Source: an uncultured Candidatus Saccharibacteria bacterium
GTDB taxonomy: Bacteria > Patescibacteriota > Minisyncoccia > UBA6257 > UBA11618
NCBI GenBank assembly: GCA_964373915.1
Contig: CAYJWP010000002.1
Location: 4,312-68,311 of the forward strand
Reading direction: 5' to 3'
Length of the DNA stretch: 64,000 nt
Below are positions 57,874 to 64,000 of this stretch, one piece after another; the stretch's first letter is position 1, and every line of letters starts with the position of its first letter. The position numbers and the translations under genes were made by a program. The notes beneath the pieces were generated by a model, which was not told the DNA's origin, searched no databases, and saw only the letters and a program-made list of their open reading frames with translations.

Positions 57874-58224
57874 ATGATTAAAACTATCTCTCCTATTTTT
57901 CTCTCCCGACTGGCTTTGGCATTTGTTTTTCTTTACGCGGCCATCTCCTCGCTGGCCGATCCCCTAAGCTGGGTGGGTTTTTTCCCTGCTTGGGTCGGGG
58001 CCTCTAATTATTCGTTGGCCTTTTTTTCAATTGGGGAGGGCTTGCTTGCCTTATGGCTAATCTCCGGCAAAAAGGGATTTTACGCCGCCATCGCCGCGGC
58101 TGTGGTTTTGGCGGTTATCGTCCTTACTAATTTAGAATCAATGATTATTGTTTTTCGCGACGTTGGCCTTTTCTTAGCGGCTTTATCTCTGGCGGTTTTG
58201 GAGAAGAAAGCTGATAATTTATAA
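57874..58224 (+). CDS. DoxX-like small membrane protein
   Basis: 116 aa, 3-4 TM helices. Architecture typical of the DoxX family. Confidence 0.4.
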   Translation: MIKTISPIFLSRLALAFVFLYAAISSLADPLSWVGFFPAWVGASNYSLAFFSIGEGLLALWLISGKKGFYAAIAAAVVLAVIVLTNLESMIIVFRDVGLFLAALSLAVLEKKADNL

Positions 58225-59916
58225 AACTGTAAAAATATTAATCCCCTCTACGCGGCCCTTAACTTGGGCGGAGCCCAAAGATTTAAATTGGTAAGCGCCT
58301 TTGATTTTTTTGACAGTCGGTTCGCCGATAATAATAGAAGTTTGGTACTCCTTATTTAAGCTCTCAAGGCGGGAGGCGACATTGACCGTGTCGCCGATGG
58401 CGGTGTAGTCAAAGCGCTGGCTGGAACCCATGTTGCCGACGATAGCCGGGCCGGAGTAAAGGCCGATGCCAATAGCGATTTCTATGCCGATTTCTTTTTT
58501 AAGAATTTGGTTGAACTCCTCCACTTTCTTAATCATGCCCAGAGAAGCTTTCAGGGCTTTTTCGGCGTGGTCGGGGTCGCTGAGCGGCGCTCCCCAAAAA
58601 GCCATGACGGCATCGCCAATATACTTATCCACAACTCCGTCGTTTTTGAGAATTTCTTCGGTGACCGATGTAAAATAGCGATTGATGATATCCACCAGCT
58701 GGTGGGGGCTGGTTTTTTCAGAGAGCGAGGTGTAGCCGCGGATGTCGGAGAACAGGACGGTAATTTCTCTCTCTTCTCCGCCCAGCGCCACTTTTTGCGG
58801 ATTTTGCAGTATCTGCTCCAGCACCTCCGGGGAGACATATTTGCCGAAAACTCCCCGCATCTCCCTTTTTTCTTTATCAACTATTAGATAGCGGAAAATA
58901 ACCAAAGCGATAGTGGAGAGAATCCAAGCAAGATGAATGTGGATGATGTTAGCCGCTATGCCTTGCTGGAAGAGTATAATTTGAGCGATAAGATAAAGAA
59001 CGCCTGCCCCGACGGAGGCAAAAACAAAACTATTAATGGAGCGCAGTTTTAAAGAAAACACTACGGGCATAAGGATGGCAAAAAGGAGCCAGAGATAGGC
59101 GAGCGGGCTAGTGAGAGGGCGGAGGCGATAGCCCATAATGAGCATGTTAGCGATATTGGCATGGATTTCCACACCCGCCATTTCTTCCCCTTTGGAAAGG
59201 GGCGTGGGGCGGCTATCGTGCAGGTCGGGGGCGGTGGCGCCGATGAAAATTAATTTATTACTTAACTGATCGGACAAATCCTCCTCAAATAATCTCCAGA
59301 AAGGGATAGCCCTAACCGAACGGGGAGGGGCGGCGTAAACAATACGATTAATTTCCCCAAGGTTTTGTTCTTGGGGTATTTTTTTGCCAGCGGCTTTCAG
59401 AGCAGAGTAGCCAAGCGAATAAACGCCGTTCTCTGTTCTTAAAGGAAAATTTCTGACAATGCCGTCTTTGTCCTGGATGGTGTTGATGTAGCCGAGAGCG
59501 GTGCGGCCGGTGAATTGAGGCAGGGGACGAGTGAAATTGGGCCCGATTTTTTCCAAGGGCATTACGATTGGAAAAAAGGTTGAGCTCAAAACATTGGAAA
59601 GATAGTAATCATCCTGCGGCCCGAGCCGAGAAGGTTCGGAAAAAATGACATCAAAAGCGACAGCGGCCGGCCTGCTTTGATTTATTTTTAAGAGGGCGCT
59701 GGCAAAAAGGCCGCGAGGCCAGGGCCACTGGCCGAGGCGAGACAGGGACTCATTGTCAATGGCAATAATAAGGATATCCTGATGGATGGGTTTATTAGAA
59801 AACAGTCGGTCTTCAAGAAAATTTTCCAATCCGGAGAAAAGGCCAGCGGAAAAAGAGGCGAAAACTATTAAAAATACTATAAAACTGACCAGACAATATC
59901 CTTTTAAGTTTTTCAT
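58219..59916 (-). CDS. CHASE2 sensor domain-containing class III adenylate/guanylate cyclase
   Basis: N-terminal TM plus extracytoplasmic domain. TM bundle. C-terminal VLFSDIRGYTSLSE ... KYIGDAVMAFWGAP cyclase homology domain. Confidence 0.8.
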   Translation of the reverse strand: MKNLKGYCLVSFIVFLIVFASFSAGLFSGLENFLEDRLFSNKPIHQDILIIAIDNESLSRLGQWPWPRGLFASALLKINQSRPAAVAFDVIFSEPSRLGPQDDYYLSNVLSSTFFPIVMPLEKIGPNFTRPLPQFTGRTALGYINTIQDKDGIVRNFPLRTENGVYSLGYSALKAAGKKIPQEQNLGEINRIVYAAPPRSVRAIPFWRLFEEDLSDQLSNKLIFIGATAPDLHDSRPTPLSKGEEMAGVEIHANIANMLIMGYRLRPLTSPLAYLWLLFAILMPVVFSLKLRSINSFVFASVGAGVLYLIAQIILFQQGIAANIIHIHLAWILSTIALVIFRYLIVDKEKREMRGVFGKYVSPEVLEQILQNPQKVALGGEEREITVLFSDIRGYTSLSEKTSPHQLVDIINRYFTSVTEEILKNDGVVDKYIGDAVMAFWGAPLSDPDHAEKALKASLGMIKKVEEFNQILKKEIGIEIAIGIGLYSGPAIVGNMGSSQRFDYTAIGDTVNVASRLESLNKEYQTSIIIGEPTVKKIKGAYQFKSLGSAQVKGRVEGINIFTVL

Positions 59917-59923
59917 TTTTATA

Positions 59924-60940
59924 TCAACCTCGACTGTCTATTTTTTGAGGTACAAAACCAACAACCTCAAAAAATGGGCTTTGGGCTGTGAATTCTTTGC
60001 CGGTGGCGGAATCTTTCCAACCGACGGCTACAGCCCCTTTGGAGGCGCCTAACTCGGAAACTTCCGGAGCTAATTTAGCGATAAAAGCGCCGGGTTTTTC
60101 AAAGAATCCTATCGGACCGATAACCTGCCATTGGGCGGCAGCGGTAATAATTTTTCTCGAGCCATCGCTATTAACCAGAATTGCGTCAAACAATAGGCGG
60201 TCGTTTTCCACCACTCTTCCAAGATTTGCTTGGGTTTCCAGAATTATTTTTACTGGGGTAGTGTTTGCTATCGTATCAACTTTAGAGGGAACGGCGGCGA
60301 TTTTTTTAGCGACAGTTTCCGGGGTGATTTCAATTTGGTCGCCGGCGGTGACCAGTGTTTCGGTGCCGGGTATTACCTTTCCGGTTGCTGGATTAACAAC
60401 GGAAACAAAGACCGAGTCTTTGACGACTTTTATGTCGGACTTGCCGTTGGCGTAAGCGACACTGAATTCGGTGCCGCGGACGACCGCGACAGCGTTGGGA
60501 GTTTTAACTTCCCATGAGGATTGGGGAGTGGCTAGGGCAACAACTTTGGAAAGTATTTTGCCGGAGTTGATGAAAATACTAACCACTAAACTTTTATCGG
60601 ACTTACCGTAAGAGCTGTTTTTGATAATAAAAGAGGTGTTGGGTTCTATGTAGGCGGCGGAGCCGTCGGCGAAATGCAATTCTCCCACGCCAGCCTCTCC
60701 GGTTTTGACGGTTTGCCCCTCGTTTAATTCGTCTCCGGTGCGGAGTTCGCGATCGCTTTCCGTAACGCGCGGCTTAAAAACTTCTATCCAAGGCTTAGTG
60801 GAGGCTTGTTGATTTTCAATTGGATTGGTTGTGGTTGAGGGGGCTGAAGCGGAGTTGATAAAATAGTAGCCGGCGAGAAAAACAACAAACAAAATTGCTA
60901 AGGCGGTTAAGAGCCTTAACTTAAGAATTTTTGCAAACAT
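59924..60940 (-). CDS. FecR-domain protein (periplasmic, N-terminal anchor)
   Basis: VVRGTEFSVAY FecR signature. N-terminal TM. Confidence 0.65.
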   Translation of the reverse strand: MFAKILKLRLLTALAILFVVFLAGYYFINSASAPSTTTNPIENQQASTKPWIEVFKPRVTESDRELRTGDELNEGQTVKTGEAGVGELHFADGSAAYIEPNTSFIIKNSSYGKSDKSLVVSIFINSGKILSKVVALATPQSSWEVKTPNAVAVVRGTEFSVAYANGKSDIKVVKDSVFVSVVNPATGKVIPGTETLVTAGDQIEITPETVAKKIAAVPSKVDTIANTTPVKIILETQANLGRVVENDRLLFDAILVNSDGSRKIITAAAQWQVIGPIGFFEKPGAFIAKLAPEVSELGASKGAVAVGWKDSATGKEFTAQSPFFEVVGFVPQKIDSRG

Positions 60941-60948
60941 AATATGGC

Positions 60949-61731
60949 TTAATTAGCCCAGATAACAAAGGTGAAGACTTTGTCTCCTTTGCCGAGATTC
61001 TTGACGTGGAGAGAAGACTTGCCGTCGGATGATCTTTTGATTTCCCTACCCCACTGGCTGGGATGATCAAGGTCGGCGCCCCCGTTGCTAGTCGGCTCTT
61101 TACTGCCAATAGTGGTAATGGAATCAAGGTGGGTATAAATAGTTTCTAACTGGTCATAATCATGCAAGTTAGGATGTTCGTTTAAACCGCTGGGGTTGTT
61201 GGTGTAATCCATACAGGTGCCGAGATTGGCGTTGGTAAAAACTTCATCTTGATGGTCAAGACCGAAAGTGTGGCCGACCTCCTGGCACATAACAAAGTTT
61301 CTCCACTCGGGCTTGTTATAGGTGGCGGTATTGAAATAAGTGTCGTTAAGCTTGACAGTGCTTTGAGTGATGTGGTCGCCACTAATCCAAATACTGGCTA
61401 CCCCCAGCCAGCCGTTGAAGCCATACCTGCTGCTGCAGACCTGAACTCCGCCCTTGACCGGCTTGCAGTTCTTGGGGTTGATACTGCCGGAAACGACAGT
61501 AGTGTCCAATGCGTTGGATAAACTCCAATCGCTAGAGGCGGTTGCTAAAAAGGAATCCCAATTAGCGGAAACATTATCGCTTAATTTTAAATTAAAGGGA
61601 TTGGCTGTTCTGGACCAGTGGTAAACGCCCCAAGAGTGACTGGCATAAGCGATCATGCCGCCGAAGCTGGCGACTACCAAAACTACCGCCGAAACGACTA
61701 AAAAATAACCGAAAATAGAAATTCTTTTCAT
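60949..61731 (-). CDS. Secreted zinc metalloprotease, metzincin (M10/M7-like)
   Basis: Signal peptide. HEVGHTFGLDH (HExxHxxGxxH) followed by a Met-turn region. Confidence 0.7.
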   Translation of the reverse strand: MKRISIFGYFLVVSAVVLVVASFGGMIAYASHSWGVYHWSRTANPFNLKLSDNVSANWDSFLATASSDWSLSNALDTTVVSGSINPKNCKPVKGGVQVCSSRYGFNGWLGVASIWISGDHITQSTVKLNDTYFNTATYNKPEWRNFVMCQEVGHTFGLDHQDEVFTNANLGTCMDYTNNPSGLNEHPNLHDYDQLETIYTHLDSITTIGSKEPTSNGGADLDHPSQWGREIKRSSDGKSSLHVKNLGKGDKVFTFVIWAN

Positions 61732-61796
61732 ATTGCATTGATTATCATATAAAGTTAGAAGCTGTCAAATATCCGTTTTATGTTAGAATATTCAGC

Positions 61797-62960
61797 ATGC
61801 GTGGCTGGGGAAAGAAAAGTGATTTTTTAATATTGGGAGCGACTGGCATGCAAGGGCGGATTGTCACTAGGGATTTAGCAGAGAATGGCTACAGGGTTTT
61901 TATCTCCGGGCGAAGCCGGGAAAGATTAGAAAAGCTTCAGGCTCAATATCCAGTTGCCGGTCTAAAAACAGCTGATTTGGGGAATAAACGGCAATTGAAG
62001 GGGATTGTTGAGGGAGTTAAGCCAGCAGTGATTATAAATTGCGCCGAAGGGGATTGGAACGTGGATGTTTATCAAGCTGCTTTAGAGGGCGAGGCGAATG
62101 TGATTGACCTTGGTTCGGAGGTGCCGGCTACTAAAATTCAGCTAGCGATGAGTAAAGATTTTAAGAAAAAAGGGCTGACCGCAATTACCGGCTGCGGCTC
62201 CACTCCGGGGGTGAATAATGTGACTTTAAGCTATGCCGTCAGCCAGTTAGACACTGTGGAGACAATAGAAGTTGGTTTTGCCTGGAACTCCAATATCAAA
62301 AAATTTGTCGTGCCTTTTTCTATGAAGAGTATTGTGGAGGAGTTTACCGACCTAGCTCCTTTGATAAAAAATGAGATGTGGTTGGAGAAAGAGCCTTTAA
62401 AAACAGTGAAGAATAGAAAATTTCGCTGGGTGGGCAGGCAAAAAATTTTTTTAGTCAAGCATCCAGAGACGTTTACCTTCTTTCATTATTTTAAAAATCG
62501 CGGCTTGAAAAACGTTCTTTTCTTAGCCGGTTTTCCGGAACATTCTTTTAATAAAATTATAAGCTATACTGGTAAAAACAGGCGGGGTAATTTAGTTTAT
62601 GAAAATGGTTCGGGATTTGTTTCTTTAAATAATCTTACCAGAATTCTTCAGAAGAAACACAGGCCGCCGAAAGGCTATAAGGAGGTGGAAAATTTATGGG
62701 TGGTTGCCAGCGGAATTAAGGACGGCAAGAAGAAGAATATTTTTATGGAGTGTATTGTGCCAACGTTAAAAGGATGGGAATCGGCTGGCTGTAATATCGA
62801 TACCGGTTTCCCGGCTTCAATTATTGGGCAGATGATTTGGAGGGGGGAGATCAAACAGTGCGGCAGTTTCGCTCCCGAGGTTGTCGTGCCTTACGGGCAT
62901 TTTTTTCAAGATCTAAAAAGAAAGGGAATGAGCGTCTGGCAGAACGGGAAGTGGGTATAA
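61797..62960 (+). CDS. Saccharopine dehydrogenase-family NAD(P)-binding protein (carboxynorspermidine dehydrogenase-like?)
   Basis: N-terminal LILGATGMQGRIV Rossmann motif. About 390 aa. Adjacent to pdaD. Confidence 0.5.
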   Translation: MRGWGKKSDFLILGATGMQGRIVTRDLAENGYRVFISGRSRERLEKLQAQYPVAGLKTADLGNKRQLKGIVEGVKPAVIINCAEGDWNVDVYQAALEGEANVIDLGSEVPATKIQLAMSKDFKKKGLTAITGCGSTPGVNNVTLSYAVSQLDTVETIEVGFAWNSNIKKFVVPFSMKSIVEEFTDLAPLIKNEMWLEKEPLKTVKNRKFRWVGRQKIFLVKHPETFTFFHYFKNRGLKNVLFLAGFPEHSFNKIISYTGKNRRGNLVYENGSGFVSLNNLTRILQKKHRPPKGYKEVENLWVVASGIKDGKKKNIFMECIVPTLKGWESAGCNIDTGFPASIIGQMIWRGEIKQCGSFAPEVVVPYGHFFQDLKRKGMSVWQNGKWV

Positions 62961-62999
62961 AAAACCGGTCGCTTGAGGCGACCGGCACGGTTCGGTGTT

Positions 63000-63554
63000 T
63001 TAGCAAAAAACAACAGCGGAGACGGCCGATGTCCAAAGGCCATCTTTGTGGCCCTCGGCGCTCTGGCAGATGTGGCTGGTTTTGAAGATGTGGCCGCTCA
63101 TCTGGTAAATCTGCTTGCGCTGGTTCCAAGCCTTGTCGGGATTAAACTTAATGCCGAGAGTGGTGGCTAGCATGGTGGCGGCCAAATCTTCAGCATAATC
63201 ACCGGCCTTTTTGGCGGTTTGGCCATAGGTGTGATGTTCAGAGATGTATCCATATTGTTCACTGCCATTATTAGGCAGGGCGATGCCGACAGCCGCGGCC
63301 ACCAAGCGGTTGGGTTCGTCGGTTTCCTGCCGCGCCATGACGCAAAAAACAACCTGGCCTGGTTTGAGCAGCGCCTGTCCTTCTTTGCGGGAAAGACGTT
63401 TGCAGTTAGGCGGCAGAATGCTGGAAACAGTTACCAAATTGCACATTTGAATGCCGGCATCGCGCAGAGCCGCCTCAAAAGCGGCCAGCTTGTCTCTGTT
63501 GATGCCGACGCCATTGGTAACGAAATAGTTTTTCGGAACAACCCCCTCAAGCAT
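63000..63554 (-). CDS. pdaD: Pyruvoyl-dependent arginine decarboxylase (PdaD)
   Basis: 184 aa. VPKNYFVTNGVG ... VTVSSILPP resembles the PdaD family, including the Ser-Ser self-cleavage region. Confidence 0.7.
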   Translation of the reverse strand: MLEGVVPKNYFVTNGVGINRDKLAAFEAALRDAGIQMCNLVTVSSILPPNCKRLSRKEGQALLKPGQVVFCVMARQETDEPNRLVAAAVGIALPNNGSEQYGYISEHHTYGQTAKKAGDYAEDLAATMLATTLGIKFNPDKAWNQRKQIYQMSGHIFKTSHICQSAEGHKDGLWTSAVSAVVFC

Positions 63555-63651
63555 TTTCTCTCCTTTTTTGCTGGTTGGTGAATTATCAAAAAACTAATTT
63601 AATTACAAGGGACTAATTGCTAAAAATTATAGGCAAAATTCTTTCTTGTCA

Positions 63652-63685
63652 AATAAATAATTTGACGATCGTCAAATTATTTATT
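63652..63685. promoter_or_regulatory. Perfect 34-bp palindrome (operator-like) about 100 nt upstream of pdaD
   Basis: aataaataatttgacgatcgtcaaattatttatt is a perfect dyad centred on GATC. GTCAAAT-like half-sites recur in the flanks. Confidence 0.4.
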
Positions 63686-63700
63686 ATTGGCAATTAAAAA

Positions 63701-63728
63701 CAGGGCACAGCATTGTGCCCTGTTGTTT
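63701..63728 (-). terminator. Rho-independent terminator for a minus-strand gene entering from the right edge
   Basis: cagggcaca-gcat-tgtgccctg, followed in minus sense by TTTTTAATT. Confidence 0.55.
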
Positions 63729-63729
63729 C

Positions 63730-64000
63730 TCATGGAGGGGTAATCCTCACCAGACAGAAGGGGCGGGTCCAAGGGCCGCATAGGTAAGCGATCTTACCTG
63801 GGTCCATAGCGCTGGCGCGATAATCGGGATTAGCGACGCCGCAGACTTGAAAAGCGGTAAAAGCCAATTGAGAGCAGAACCAGCTGGGCTGGTTGGCGCT
63901 CTCGCGACGTATCCGCCAGTTGGCGGAGCCAGTAGCGGAGCCAGCAACGGAGCCCCAAACCTCCCGGATAACAGGCACCCTGTAAGGGGTAGCCGCCAAT
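63730..64000 (-). CDS. 3' end of an unidentified GC-rich gene extending beyond the window (hypothetical)
   Basis: Two minus-strand frames are open and a terminator sits directly downstream. No recognisable motif. Confidence 0.2.
   Translation of the reverse strand, partial: LAATPYRVPVIREVWGSVAGSATGSANWRIRRESANQPSWFCSQLAFTAFQVCGVANPDYRASAMDPGKIAYLCGPWTRPFCLVRITPP

Noticed and set aside
63941-64000. cccggataacaggc resembling the 23S rRNA domain V GGGATAACAGGC motif
   Set aside because: It is a short isolated match. Flanking sequence does not continue the 23S consensus, and nothing else rRNA-like lies nearby.
1-64000. CRISPR arrays, tRNA genes, transposases and integrases
   Set aside because: No regularly spaced direct repeats, no GTTCGA-type T-loop with acceptor stems, and no DDE- or tyrosine-recombinase-like ORFs were seen anywhere in the window.

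Overview
The window is dominated by a cell-surface glycan locus of roughly 39 kb (1-39500) that is AT-rich (about 33-38% GC by eye). It appears to come from an uncultivated low-GC bacterium using the standard genetic code; TGA works as a stop, as in the ATGA start/stop overlaps. The locus holds about 38 genes. They include at least seven GT4/GT-B glycosyltransferases, five SAM methyltransferases, an AsnB-like amidotransferase (5' partial) and a GDP-D,D-heptose module (GHMP kinase HddA plus a fused nucleotidyltransferase/GmhB phosphatase). A sialic-acid-like nonulosonate module is present (NeuC, a short NeuB, a NeuA-methyltransferase fusion and a second cytidylyltransferase). There is a CDP-polyol cassette (FGGY kinase, cytidylyltransferase, Fe-ADH) with three TagF-like polyol-phosphate transferases. 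An Arn-like set is scattered through the locus (formyltransferase next to a NodB deformylase, a UXS-like SDR, a GT2 polyprenol-phosphate glycosyltransferase, an SMR-like flippase subunit and a PA14-containing GT-C-like membrane protein). The locus also has a Wzx flippase, plus two paralogous 600-aa polytopic membrane proteins that each sit beside a gene for a small membrane-anchored discoidin-domain protein. The locus ends at a 2306-aa Thr/Gly/Ala/Ser-rich secreted protein (signal peptide, FN3 and carboxypeptidase-regulatory-like domains) that is followed directly by a strong terminator. This protein is a candidate S-layer or surface glycoprotein. To the right, in DNA of roughly 45-50% GC, lie truB, a class III aminotransferase, a CrtI-like FAD oxidoreductase and an operon of four paralogous Cys-rich secreted proteins with coiled-coil tails and a PVPVPV repeat. 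Further right are a FAD-linked oxidase, small acidic and coiled-coil secreted proteins, and an inverted-repeat element of about 177 nt that looks structured. After that come a metzincin-FecR-CHASE2 adenylate cyclase operon, a saccharopine-dehydrogenase-family gene and pdaD (pyruvoyl arginine decarboxylase), which is preceded by a perfect 34-bp palindrome. I found no CRISPR array, tRNA, rRNA or recognisable mobile element. The most interesting signal is that three GT-C/Wzy_C-like membrane enzymes are each paired or fused with a lectin-like beta-sandwich module (PA14 or discoidin), next to the giant Thr-rich surface protein.
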